DNA of 62,331 nt, counting the filler, from Basidiobolus meristosporus CBS 931.73 (Eukaryota > Fungi > Basidiobolomycota), in the NCBI GenBank assembly GCA_002104905.1. It is 5 parts of 5 records of this genome, joined end to end, with 100 filler letters (N's around TTAATTAATTAA, not from the genome) between each part and the next. Parts side by side here need not be neighbours in the genome. Positions count along the whole stretch, not along the records: positions 20,692 to 30,514 come from MCFE01001314.1; positions 30,615 to 47,077 come from MCFE01001122.1; 3 more parts are not named here. One strand, given 5' to 3'. The notes below the pieces were generated by a model, which was not told the origin of the DNA, ran no database searches, and worked only from the letters and a program-made list of their open reading frames with translations. Shown in pieces: positions 26,701 through 40,000 of this stretch; the first letter of the stretch is position 1; each line of letters starts with the position of its first letter. Position numbers and translations under genes: made by a program.

Positions 26701-27212
26701 CATTGCATATTATTCCAAGTAAAGGCAGTCTTATGCTGATGATCAGGATGGATCTGGAATCGGTGATATGCATCCTTCAAGTCCAACTTGGAGAATACTT
26801 TTGCTCCTGATAGTGCGGAAAAGATATCTTGGATTCTTGGAATTGGAAACTTGTCATCTTGGAGAAGCTTGTTCAGAGGTCTGGGGTCCAAACAGGGTCT
26901 CTTCAGGGTTAGGTTTCCATCAGCATCTTTCTTTGGTGCAAGCGTCAAAGGGCTGTTGAATGTTGTGTTGACAGGGGCTTGAGTGATAATTCCATTATCA
27001 GCCCATTTTTGGACTATCTCATCAACTAAGTGTTGACATGAATGCGGAATTGGGTATTGCCTCCTCCATGTTGACTCACCAGGTGGGGTCTCTAGTGTAA
27101 CAATGGATTCTGGGATGGTGCAGAAGCTGTTCCTTGGAATGGCCTGATTTCTCTCTATGGCCGGCTGAATATCCAATTTGACTGATTGAGAATATTCTTG
27201 AAAAGTTGGGGT
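23747..27212 (-). mobile_element. Gypsy family B copy 1 (3' LTR 23747-24443, integrase + chromodomain, RNase H, RT), inserted in LINE D1
   Basis: 697-bp LTR TGT...ACA; purine tract ggaaggaagtga before it; HLLGH...CREC, SDNGTEF, GPFKV, chromodomain YLVKWKGY...TWEP; RT FVDD. Confidence 0.93.
24444..27176 (-). pseudogene. pol: Gypsy B pol 3' part (RT-RNase H-IN-chromo) with a premature stop
   Basis: ORFs 26250-27176 and 24444-26003, with RNase H motif ATDAS between them. Confidence 0.85.
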
Positions 27213-30200
27213 TGTTGTGCATCAACATTTAAAACTTAGCCAATTTTACTCCGTTTGAAAATCTAGTACCCTAACTGATTTTCCCTAACCCAAACATAAC
27301 AAATCCCAGTTACAGTTTATTTTATCCCACCTCAGAATCTATTTTTAGCTATCACACCTGATCTATTTTCAAATGGTCATTACGTTATCAACCTATCTGC
27401 CAAGCCTTCCCAGGTGATTAGTCATCTGAGATCTATCCAACCACGGTGCAGTTGCCAAGACATCAGTTAATTGATGATGTAATTTTCATTTATCTTATGC
27501 ACCTATGAACACCCAAATTTATCTCAATCAATCCAGTCCCTTGGCGCTTACTAATTCAACTTGATCAGAAAAGTATAAATAAAGCTTACTGAACCTTTTG
27601 GTTTAGTGTGTGTCTCAACAAAATTAAGATTCTGTCTCAGCAAAAATAAGAATCCAACAATTCTGTTCTAGTTTCTATCCAAGCCTAGTATATCTAGCAC
27701 TCCAAAGAACACCAAGCCTAGCTTGCCTAGCAAACAAATATCATTGTCTTTATAGCCAACCCAGCTATATCCAAGACCAATATTACATCAGAATCTTTCT
27801 GCTAATATTTCCGCCACTCTCTGACAATTCTAAGATTCTGCACTTAATTGTCCCTTTGGTTCAGTTAAACCATTCAAGAGTTTTAGTACACTTTCTCTTG
27901 GATACAACATTTTTTTTGTTGAATTCCATTACATTCAGCCAATTAGATGATGTCCTCAGCAGCAAGCAATCCAAACCTTTCCATGTTGGAAGAGGCCAGA
28001 AGAAATCGGGAAGAACTTACTGAACAGCTTGAAAACATCATGCTTGAAAGTAATACCATGATGCTTGAGCACTCAAAGCTTGCCAAAACAAGATCGGATA
28101 ATCACCGTAGAGATGAACTCCTTGAAGTTATATCCGGTTACCAAGATGAAATTGGAATAATTAAGGAAGCACTGGAGAATATTGCCATAGTAATTGACAG
28201 CATTGAAAATCCGCCAAGCCTTGCTCTGCATCAGCCACCAAGAAGTCATGCCTTTGAGTCCTCCAGATCTACATCCCCTTCTAGACCTGCCCCGGTGGTT
28301 GTCCCAAGATCCTTGCCTGTTTATGCTGAAGGCACCAATGCCATCAAGAATCCAACTGAGTTTCTTTACAAGTTCAGTCATGTCTTAGCTGCACACCAGT
28401 TAGACCCTGACACCAACTGGGCTGGACTCCTGCCTCTCTGTCTCACAATGCAAGATGCTGACTGGGTTGAAGTGAACATTCCTTCCAATAGTACTTGGAA
28501 AATTGCCCAAAACCTCTTTTGCAGCCATTTTGAAGATCCTCTCAAGAAAGCACATCTGAACTGCGACTTATGGAAAACTAACATGCAAAAAGGTGAATCT
28601 GTGCAACACTTCTGTGATAGATTCCAAAGACAAATGAGATTAGCTGGAGTTAGTGATGATAATCCATTGCTTACTGCTCATTTTCTTTCAAACTTTTCAC
28701 ACCAGCTACAGAGCAATATTGCTATTGTCAAAGTATGTAACCCTGCACGTACCTATGACCAGATCTCAGAGATATGTACACTGGCAATCACCTTGACTGC
28801 AGCTGTTAGCCAGACTTCAGGCAACTCAACCCAATATCCCACAACAGCCGGAAAAGAGACCAGTCATGTGACCAAGAAGCAATCAACCGCTACCAAGCAC
28901 TGTGAGCTTCATGGAAAATGCTATCATTCTACCAGTGAATGCAAAGGCATCACCAAGCAGTCAAACAAGTCAGGAAACACCGCAGAAAAGCAGCAAAACA
29001 CCAAAACTGATAATCCATATGCTGATGACAAGTGCTTTAAATGTGGAAATATGGGACATAGATCACCTGCCTGTCCTGAGAAGAACTCCTCACCATCAGC
29101 CAAAATTACCCAGATCCTTGATGATCATTCAGCCAATGATACAATGAGGTATGAAGAAGCATATGAAGAACTTACAGTTCAAGATTATCACAACCTCTTT
29201 GAGTTTCCGGCTAAAATTGCAACTGTTCAAGAAAAGAAGCAACCAATCACGCAGCTCAAAGCCATAGAAGTGCCACTCACCCTCAATGGCCAATCATATG
29301 TAGCACTACTGGATACTGGATCATCCAACTCTATTGTATCACCCAATGTAGTCAGAGAACTCAATTTGGAGATAGAAAAACGTCCAGGAAAAATCATTCT
29401 TGCAGCTAAGGATCTCTCAGCCCCAAGAATTGGCATTACCAACCCAATCAACATACATTGTGGCTCAGTAACCATAATCCATCAGATGGAAGTGATTGAC
29501 ATACCAGATGGACCTCAGGTAGTCATTGGTCTGGACACCTTCAGCAAACTTGGCTTTCACATAGGCGGACTACCAGTTTCCTATCCAGGAATCACTAAAT
29601 CTCAGCCACTCATAATGGATCAAATCCCAGAGATTATCTCATCCCAACCAGAAGAAGAAGAGTTAACCCCAACTTTTCAAGAATATTCTCAATCAGTCAA
29701 ATTGGATATTCAGCCGGCCATAGAGAGAAATCAGGCCATTCCAAGGAACAGCTTCTGCACCATCCCAGAATCCATTGTTACACTAGAGACCCCACCTGGT
29801 GAGTCAACATGGAGGAGGCAATACCCAATTCCGCATTCATGTCAACACTTAGTTGATGAGATAGTCCAAAAATGGGCTGACAATGGAATTATCACTCAAG
29901 CCCCTGTCAACACAACATTCAACAGCCCTTTGACGCTTGCACCAAAGAAAGATGCTGATGGAAACCTAACCCTGAAGAGACCCTGTTTGGACCCCAGACC
30001 TCTGAACAAGCTTCTCCAAGATGACAAGTTTCCAATTCCAAGAATCCAAGATATCTTTTCCGCACTATCAGGAGCAAAAGTATTCTCCAAGTTGGACTTG
30101 AAGGATGCATATCACCGATTCCAGATCCATCCTGATCACCAGCATAAGACTGCCTTCACTTGGAATAATATGCAATGGATGTTTCAGGGAGCTCCCTTTG

Positions 30201-30514
30201 GCCTAAAGACACTTACCAGCAAGTTTCAGAGAGTCATGACTATAATACTCAAGAATGCACCATACGCATTGGTATTTGTTGATGATGTCATCATATTTTC
30301 CACTAACCGTGATGATCATGCAACCCATGTCACTGATGTAATCAACAGACTGACAACTGCTGGACTGATTCTCAATGCTGAAAAGTGCAGTTTTGCCCAC
30401 CTCAAAATCAATCTACTTGGATTTATAGTCACACCAGCTGGCCACCAATTAGATCCTTTCAAACTGGTCAATATCACAGAATGGCCAAAACCCACTAGCA
30501 CCAAGCAACTTCAA
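27213..30514 (+). mobile_element. Gypsy family B copy 2 (5' LTR 27213-27909 + gag-pol), inverted inside copy 1
   Basis: LTR is the near-identical reverse complement of 23747-24443; RT region nearly identical to 26250-27212. Confidence 0.92.
27947..30514 (+). CDS. Gypsy B single-ORF Gag-Pol (gag, CxxHx4Hx4C motif, CCHC knuckle, protease, RT; runs into gap)
   Basis: Over 850 open codons; CELHGKCYHSTSEC, CFKCGNMGHRSPAC, ALLDTGS, RPCLDPRPLN, FVDD. Confidence 0.92.
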
Positions 30515-30614
30515 NNNNNNNNNNNNNNNNNNNNNNNNNNNNNNNNNNNNNNNNNNNNTTAATTAATTAANNNNNNNNNNNNNNNNNNNNNNNNNNNNNN
30601 NNNNNNNNNNNNNN

Positions 30615-31274
30615 CTCTGAGTATGATCACAAGTAGTGCCTCCAAGGACAGTGGGCTGTCAGCGCAATATCCTGGGAGTGTCTTGTGGTCTGGGGTTAGA
30701 GTTCAGGTAGTAGCAGGTAGCAGTGATCATACTAATCAACAAGTTGGTATGTTGATAAAGGGATGATGATTTATTGTTGAGGGACTGCCTCCCTTATATA
30801 CATTCTTACCAACGAAGTGATTACTAATCATGGTGTTCCAGAAGGTGCCAGATATCAATAGAAACCTGAATGACATCAGAATGACCTAAGAATGTTTTAA
30901 GTATGTGCAAGAAGGTTCCAAGAGGCGCAGCACATCCAACCAATCAGGAATCAGCAGTATGAAACCTGTGTAACATAGGTACACATATATGGTATGAAAA
31001 TGGTAGGTATGGTGACACAAATTGGTCATGTGTCATGTGTACTGGCACAGGTGCTTGCCTAATATAGGAGTATGTATAGCTTAGTAATTTTCATAAAGTG
31101 AGGATAACTTATGCAATAAGGTAAGCAGCTGTGATAGTCAGCCGGCTTATGGGATACTACTGATTAAGTAAGACAAATGGGATAAAACTAAATAAGGGTA
31201 GTAGAGAAATAGGGAAGTAGAAAATATACAAATGGAGCACATCTGTCAGTGGGTGTCACTGTGACCCCACTACA
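30615..31274 (-). repeat. Possible LTR of a third gypsy-like family
   Basis: Reverse strand starts TGTAGTGGGG; TATA-like gtatataagg; composition resembles the gypsy A LTR; no second copy or internal domain seen. Confidence 0.3.
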
Positions 31275-31949
31275 CCACTCTGGGTTTCCCCAGATTCAAT
31301 TGTATTATACGCAGTAACATTTCATGTCTTTGTTTTATCACATATATTATATGCACATTACATTTTCTATCTCTTACTTAATGATAGCAACTCAATCAAC
31401 AACCAGCCCCCTTTGTCACACTTCTTTTATCTACTTTTATATGAGAATACTTTTTTTAACTTTTTGCAATCTGTGTTTTGGAGCACCAAAAGTCTGAAGA
31501 CCTGCATTTGGTAATTAATATTTGTGGTACACTGAATCTAGCTGCAGAGTTTTGCAAAATGTTGCAAAAATGCATGGCACTATTGTAGTCCTAATATGCA
31601 AAGCAAGCCTAATGTACACAAACATAGGAGGTAATTGAGTGTCCGGGATCAGGAAGTCAATACGGAGGCAGAAAACTAGTAAAAAGCCACTCAGGTAGTG
31701 TTCTCACAAGATAGTTTGACCATGCTTTTGCAAATAAGGGTTACAATTTTTTTAATAGACTTTGTGAGGTGTACTTGCAACATTGATTCTGCTTAATTGC
31801 AGGATTGAAGCTTTGTGATAGTCTTTTGACAGAATCCTCACAATTACTCTTTGTAGAGTACATTCATGTGTGTGCACTGTTCTAAATATAAAACTGTCTC
31901 AAATTTACATCAGTACTGACAAAAAAGTGATATAATAATATTAAGCAGT

Positions 31950-32820
31950 AGAGTGTTAAGCTGTTTGCCCCATGGACAAGAATACTTTGATACAGCACTA
32001 CAAGATAACAGGAGAAAGAACATGAGGCTACTGACACAAACCCTGCAGCCATAAAGCATGCAGACTGCATCTTGCTCAGTGTGTGGAGGATATTGAACCT
32101 TGCTTGTTCTGTTAGGAGCTTACTATGCAGTGGATGTGCAGGAAAATTCAAAGACTAGCCAAGTTGCAAGTACTACTATATACTAATTTCATCATGAATA
32201 TTACCTTTAAGTTTATTATGGATATGCCAAACTGGCACATGGAGGAAAGCCAGGAAGAGTTAGAAAATACTTAGGACAGATGTTAACATGAAGACACTTA
32301 TGCCCTTTGCATTAAGAAGCTAAGCAACCCCAATGTGTGGGTAATTAGTTAGGTTATGCAAGGTTGGGCTGGATACTACAGCATCTAATTTTTATTAGGA
32401 TAACTTTACCAGTGTATGCCAGATTCCCCCTTGTTACCAACCAGTTTCTATAATATCAATACAAAGTTCACCCACGCAATTTTACAGCCTTTATGCAAGG
32501 AGTTTGTGATGGGATTTGAATGGCAATACTACAAGCATAAATCTGAGTAGGCAGATTTCTGTCACTACTGCATCCATTATCCTCTTCACATTACTTGATG
32601 TGTTAAGATTATTAGGCCTTGCTTCACCTTTTGGGAGTTTCATATCAAGTTGATGTGTGAGGAGATAAGAAGACAAGTCCAGCCACAAGTATTACCATAT
32701 GCTAATCTCATCAAGAATTTCACATTCACATCAGTCATGGAAGTGATGAGCTAGCATGCAGAGGACAGCCATGAAGAATTGGAAAATACTGAGGACAGAT
32801 GTGCACTTGGAGACACCTAT
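31950..32820 (+). pseudogene. Internally deleted En-Spm transposase remnants
   Basis: 31950-32080 resembles 37530-37650 (N-terminus); 32190-32480 and 32725-32820 resemble 39590-39900 (C-terminus). Confidence 0.6.
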
Positions 32821-33350
32821 TGTCATATATAGGAGAAAAGTGCAAAAAAACTCTTGAATGTTTAACAAACCAAAGAGACAACTAAGCACAGAATTTTAGA
32901 ATTGTCAGGGTGGTAGAAATTTTAGCAAAGAGAGCCTGGTCTGACATTGGTGCTGTATATAGCTGGATTGGATATAAAGGCTACAGAGTTAGGTTGCTAT
33001 GCAGGCTAGGCTTGGTGTTTGTGGGAGTGCTAGATATGCTAGGCTTGGGTAGAAACTGGAATGGGATTGCTGAGCACTTATTTGTGCTGAGACAGAACCT
33101 TACCTGTTTTTTCAAGATACACTCTAAACCAAAGGGGCAATAAGCTTCTTTAACACTTCTCAGATCAAAGTGAATTAGCAAGAATCAAGAGATTCATTTA
33201 ATTCAAATCAGTTTGGGTGTTGGTAGATGCTTCAGATAAATGATAATGGCATCATCAATCAGCTGATTTCTTGCTAACTGCTAAGTGGTTGGATAGACCT
33301 CAAATGACTAATCAGTTGGGAAGGCATGGTAGATAAAATGATAATGCAAT
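32821..33350 (-). repeat. Diverged gypsy-B-related LTR fragment
   Basis: Collinear with 23747-24275 (ttagaattgtcag..., gctaggcttggtgt..., gatgactaatca...); interrupted by the DDE element at 33351. Confidence 0.8.
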
Positions 33351-34740
33351 AGACTTGTTCTGTTGGATAGTGTCACATAGTGCCAGCCTATATATGGTGC
33401 CGGATTGATCTGGCACTATCTGGCACTATAGTTTCTACCATCATGCCAGTGGTAGGTTATAGTTACTGGAAATTTTACTCAATTTTACTTATGTTGCTCA
33501 GAGTAGTGCTTTCCTTGCTTTATTTACTCTTCATAATGCTCCAGACACATTTCTCTCAGTGGATGTCTTCTTGTATGAATATACTGTTCATTGATAAGTA
33601 ACTTAACTATTTTACCTATTCTGCTGTTTTCTCCTATATATGACTTTCCTCTGTATTTACCTGCCAATATGCTGAATATCTTCAGATATCCAAATGTATG
33701 CTCTACCCTCACTCTGAAATGATTGTATATCACATTGTAGAGCTTCTGCTTCCTGCTGAGCACACCATTCCTTGGCTTCCTATAAGCTGTAATACATCCT
33801 AATCTCTGACAATCCTCTCCTATATAAGCTAAGTCTGCCATACATTTCTCCCCTCTACTGAATTCTGGATGATTCTCTACCAAGAGTGCTTTGTCATGCC
33901 TCCTTCCAGCAAATGGCCCAATAAGCCAGATGATGTTACCCTCAACGTCAGACAGTGCTTGAAACTTCACACAGTGTGCTTTGTACTTGCCAGAATAACA
34001 GTGCCTCTGGCCTCTAGGAGGTCTGTTAATCCTGACTGGGAAGGTATCCAAAATACTCCTTACAAGGAACCTGCTGCTGAACACTCTGGGATATGGAAGT
34101 CTATTGGAGCTTCTAAGCCTAGTACTCCAAGCTTGCTATAAGTCATTCATACCCTCTGCAAGGTGGTTCTCCATTGCTGTCAGCTGAGAATGAAAGCTTC
34201 TAGGACTTTTGTTGCCATGGATGGTGGGATGAGACCTTGTAGGGGAATAGTTATTGTAATAGCAGAGAAGCTTAAAAAGGGATCTCCTTGAGTAGATTGG
34301 GGTAGATGGACCACAGTACTTGGTATAGATCTCCTCTAGTGTGTCAAAAGGAAATCCAGTAGTAGTAATGGGATTGAGGAGAAAAGGCCATTCAGATGAG
34401 TAAGTCATATTGAAATTGGGAGGATTGAGCTGGGATGAATTGATTCAATTTGGCCCAATCAGTCTTATTTTCTGATTTTCCATGCATTATGATTAAATCT
34501 CCATGAATTGCCATGTATCCCATCATTATGTTGCAAAAATCATCCTCAAACAATGACTGGGTATTTGTATTGATGTTTCACTCACAAGTCTATAATCAAA
34601 TAGGAAATCGGCAATTGATGTGATCTGATCCATGTCAATGCAATCCAAGATGCATCATGCATAATGTATAGAAAATTCAACAATCACATTAGTTTTCATA
34701 CATATTTCATATAAGACCAGGTTGATGCCAATACACCACT
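33351..34740 (-). mobile_element. IS5/PIF-Harbinger-like transposon copy 2
   Basis: Terminus agacttgttctgttggatagtgtcac; transposase frame plus an upstream region shared with copy 3. Confidence 0.85.
33524..34408 (-). pseudogene. DDE_Tnp_4-type transposase, about 294 codons, one in-frame TAG near 34136
   Basis: The 34136-34408 and 33524-34084 ORFs are in the same frame; ILDTFPV, YSGKYKAHCVKFQ, GRRHDK, MADLAYIG, RVRVEHTFGYLK. Confidence 0.85.
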
Positions 34741-35074
34741 AGACTTGTTCCGTTGGATAGTGCCACATTGAGCCATGAGTGCCATATGATGCCATAGTGT
34801 GCAAGGGAGGCCAAGTGAGCCCATACCTGTCCACAGAGTGTGAAACATAGCTCTACATCTTCATGTACAGCAGCTCCTGTGTTTCACCCATTGTGCTGGT
34901 GAAAATCCATTTTTTGACCTTTTTTTTTGAGATCAATGTTGTGCAGAATGTGTAAGAGCACAAAAGGACTGAAGATATTCATCTGGTACTCAATACCCAT
35001 GGCACTCCAAATTTAGCTCATGTGGCTTGTAACATGTCACAAAAATGCATGGCACAATCTTGGTCCACTGGTAC

Positions 35075-37015
35075 TGATGCAATTTAAGAAGTGATTTGGA
35101 TACAAGGAACTTATCTAGAAATAGTGATATTAGTTGAACTGTTGTTTATTCATAAAGAAGCTCAGTATTTATACCTTTGTAGAAGTAATACAGCTGTAAC
35201 ACTAAGTAGGGAGGGTTTCTCAATATTCAGGAGCATTCTGTAACAGTTTCAGGGTTAGTACATAATGTTTGGTAATAGTGCTAATTTGATCCTGACTATA
35301 GGGGAATAATCATAAGATCATATATCTGGAGAAAGTGGCAAAGTTGAGGCAGTAAATGAGTCCTACAGTGACTAAGACTAGTCTAGAATTGTTAAGTAAA
35401 TTTTTAGCTGCTGAATGATACCAAATAGTCCAATATTTCAACACTCCCCCTCAACTAAATAATTTCTTAATCCCAATTTCTCTCTAAGGATCTCAAACTG
35501 TGGCATAGCTAGTGGTTTTGTCAATATGTCTGCCACCATTTTGTCAGTTGGGCAGTCAACTAACTCAACTAAGTTATTTTCTACAGCTTGCCTCACAAAG
35601 TGATGCTGTATATCAATGTGCTTAGTTCTGGCATGATTTATAGGAATTCTAGCTAATGAAATACAACTTTGATTATCCTTGTAAATACATGTTGGTTCAG
35701 CTGAATTAAAACCTAAGTCTTTGAGTAATTTTCGTAGCCATATAGCCTCCTTAGTTGCTTGACATTCAGCCATATATTTGGCTTGAGTTGTAGATAGTGC
35801 CACAGTTGGTTGTTTCTTGCAATTCCAAGTGATAGCTGCACCAGCATAAAGAAATACATAGCCTGTGGTAGAGCATCTGTCAATCAGATCCCTACCCCAA
35901 TCTGAATCACTATAACCATCAAATTTTTGCCTATTAGCTGCTCCAGAGTATTCCAGTACCATATTTATGGTACCTTGTAGATATCTGAAAATTTGCTCAA
36001 CTGCTGCAATTTGATCTGATCCATAATTTGGCATGAATTGACTGACTATTCCAACTGCTACAGCAATATCTGGACGTGTAGACACCATCAAGTACATTAG
36101 GCTACCAACCATTGATTGGTAGGGAAAGTTTTGGTCCGTATTTGAGCCGTTTTCATCTATAACTGGCTGAGATTTGCTTAATTTCAGGATATTGTCCATA
36201 TGGGTTGCTGCAGGTTTGCAATTTTCCATTTTGAAGTGTCTAAGAATGTCCCTGATGTACTTAGACTGATTAGGCACAATTTTCTGTGTAGGTATGTCAA
36301 ATTTGACCTCTATTCCAAGAAAATAGCACAATTTTCCAAGATCTTTCATCTCAAACTTGCTGAAGAGATCTGATTTTGTCTGTTTAAGTGTCTCTTGGTC
36401 ACTTGTAGCTATAATTAGGTTGTCCACATAAAGTACTAAGATGATCACACCTTTTTTGAGCTGCTTCACATATACACTGTGATCTGCAGTGCTACCAGAG
36501 AACTCAGTTTCCTCTAGATATGTGTCATCAGGCACCTGGCCAATGATTTCTGTGGCTTTCTGATCTGAATTCTCCTCAAATACAATGTCCCTGCTCTTGA
36601 TCAGCTTCTGAATTTTGCCATCATACACTCTATACCCTTTAGTATCTTCACAATACCCAAGAAAGATCCCTTTCCTACTCTTTGGGTCCAACTTTGAGCG
36701 TTTATTGTCAGGGATGTGATAAAAAACATTGCTGCCACAGATCCTGAGGTGCTGGAGATCTGGTATTTTGCCTGTATATGCTTCAAAGGGTGTAGAATCA
36801 CGTAGTGCTGTTGTTGGGCATCTGTTCTTGATGTATACAGTGGTAGCAACAGATTCAGCCCAAAACCTGTAGTCCATTCCCTTATCATGTAGCATAGATA
36901 TCTTGTCTTGTCATCAATAAACGTCATAAAGTATCTCTTGGCTCCAAAGGACAGTGTTCTCATGGGGCCACATATGTCTGAGTGTACAATAGCCAATATT
37001 TCAGTGGTGTTGATG
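35075..37015 (-). mobile_element. Copia family 2 copy 1 (3' LTR 35075-35443; RT/RNase H; deleted RT N-terminus and integrase core)
   Basis: LTR matches 44892-45260; PPT gttgagggggag; in-frame deletion fusing the IN-RT linker to the middle of RT near 36520. Confidence 0.88.
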
Positions 37016-40000
37016 TTGGGCACTGTTGTTGTGCTTCAAAGACTGTATGGAGTTCCTCTGTTGTTACATTGGGAAAAGGCCTAATTAATGGCTGTGACAT
37101 TGAGCTACTTGAGTATCTTCTTTGCAGCAAAAATGCTGCTTTCTCTACCTGGGATATTGATTGCTCTAAGCATATTTTCCGTTCATCCTGTTTCTGGACT
37201 ATTTCCTGATTTCTCTGGGCCATTGCATATATCCTCTCTGCCACTGCACCTTATTGCCTCATTAATGCTTTGGTATGAGCTGACAATATACTTGCTAATA
37301 TGGGTGGTGGTGATGTTATCATGGCCACTTGCTGATCTTCAACTAAGGGTACTGTGTTTGCTACATTCTCATCTGCCTGAGCATAATAGTCAGTTTGTGG
37401 CTCCGCAGAGGTTCTCAATTGCTTATTTGACTAAGAGCCTGGGGAGTCCACATTATTACCTTCAATGGGCACACTGTCCACAGAGCCTTTTTTGGATGTA
37501 GCCCTGCTTGTGGGACTAAATGTCAAAGCAAGCTTGTGCCCCATGGGCAAGACTACTTTGACTCAACGCTGTAAGAGAAGAGAAAAAAGACCATGTGGCT
37601 ATTGTGGCTAGCCTCTCAACCATGAATCATGCAGACAGCATAGGAAGTATTACAAGGATCATGGCCAGTGTTTTGCCACCCAAGTCATATTTGACAATTC
37701 ATTGCTCACTACTGTACCAACATTATCTTGCTAACAATTTGATACTTCTATGTCAGCACCTGGCCATCTTTGTTGCCTAGCGCAAACTGAGTCAGGTGAG
37801 CTTGTGACACCTTTAGGCTCACCTCAGCCTTCTCAATATGGCATGCAGAGTGATAGCTCTGACAAAGAAGGTTCACTGATGGAATCTGAGCCTATTTCCC
37901 CTTACAACAGTACCATGTACAAGCCAGGTCAAATTCCTATATGCAATGAGACAACATCCATTGAAGCAACTGCCATGAATACTTTATGGAGCCAAGTGAG
38001 CCTAGTAATTCATCTGCTGGTGAATGATGTAATGTTGTGGCTAGAGAAGTGGTGCAATTCCACTAATATCAGTAATGTGGGCTTTGAGGATTTATTACTA
38101 CTTCTAGCCAAAATCATACCAGGATGCAACTCACCATGTACATGGTACAAGTGGACAACTGTCATGCACCTGGCAACATATGATCCAGAGACTGTCCTGA
38201 TTCTGGCATGTGTTAACAGTTGCATGGCATTCACATCCAAAAATGCTACCATTGCAACATGTCCAAGCTGTCAGAAATCCACCACCATTGAGGGAAAGCA
38301 TTGTTTACACTCCAGATATATTCCAGTTGTACTTTGTCTGAGGAAGTTGATGCAATCCAACAAATATTGCAAAGCTATATAGTACTGCACTCAGTATCAA
38401 TCAAGTGCAGTCATATCCAATGTATTTGATGGCAAACATTACAAACAGCTAAGAAGCAAGTGCTACTTTGAAGGTATGTATGACCATGCCTATGCTTTAA
38501 CACTTAATGGATTCTCATTAAACAAGTACTCTACAAGCAAATCCTGCTGGCCACTGATTCTCATCACTCTGAGTCTGCCGCCCATCTTACAGTATCAGAG
38601 CAATAATCTGATGGTAGTCTCACTTGTATCTTGGCCTAAGTCACTGTCTAACCTGCATAGCTACCTGTATCCCTTGCTGGATGAATTTTGTATGCTTTCC
38701 AGCAGGATAACTGTAAATGGCCATCATGTAAAAGCACATATTATTATCTGCATTGGAGATACCCCAGCCATCAGCAAGATAGCAGGTTTTTCTGGGCACT
38801 TTGGACAGTATTGCTGTCAAATGTGCAAGATCCAGGGGATTTACTCCATAACTCACACACATTATTATTACCCAAACACCAGCACTAAGAACGTCAACTT
38901 TCCACAGAGAGAACATACAGAAGTCAGCATGCAATTGCAGCAAGTTGGCAAGCTATAAGCCATGGGCCAGAATATGGAATCAATTGGAAACTAGAGATAC
39001 TTAAGATAGAGGGTATCTGTTAGAGCAAAAGCTTTCCACTGGGAGCAATGCATTTGCTTTTCAACAACATCCCTATTCTGATGACCAAGTTGTACATGGG
39101 GCATTTCAAGCTAAATGTGCCCTTTGAGATACCAGAAGATATCACAGAGTATCTGCTATCCTAAGTACTTCTCACGGGTTTCAATTAGTAGTTATATGCA
39201 TATGCAACAATACAAATGCAAAGACTGGATGAATTGTATGTGTATTTATTCAAGTGGTGTTCTTAAGCCATTCCTACTAAGAGTACATTGGAAGTATTAG
39301 GAATCATCTGTGAACATTCTAGGAATATTTATCCAGAAGTGGATCATCAATTACAACTTGACACATCTATAGCTATTGAGTGAGAGGATTGTGACAGGAT
39401 TTGAGCAGCTATACTACAAACATAAAGCTGAACATGTAGGTCTCTTCCACTACTGTATCTATTATCCATTCCATCTTGCATGGTGTGTGGAGAGTATTGG
39501 GCCTTACTTCACCTTTTGGGAGTTTCCTATGGAGTGGATGTGTGGGGAGATAGGAAGATGAGTCAAGTTGCAGGTACTACTATATCCCAATCTCATTAAG
39601 AGTTTAACCTTCAAGTTTGTCATGGATGTGATGAGTTGGCACATGGAGGAGAGCCAGGAGGAGTTGGGAAATAATAAGGACAAATGTGCACATGGAGACA
39701 CCTATGCCTATGGTATTAAGAAGCTAAGCAGCCTCAATCCATGAGTAAGAGTAAAGTAATGCAAAGCTGGGGTGGGTGCAATAAGCAACTAATTTTTATC
39801 AGGAAAATTCTACCAAGATATGCCATATTTCTCATGGTCACAAGCCAGCTTCTATATCATTCAATATGGAATTCATAAAAACAAAAGCCAAAGTACACCT
39901 ATAGGGGGGACTAAAATCCAGCATGGAGAAGAAGTATAGTGGCTACGTATCAAGAAGTTCTTTGCAGATACTCAGGTGGTATTCATGGAAGTAGTGGTGA

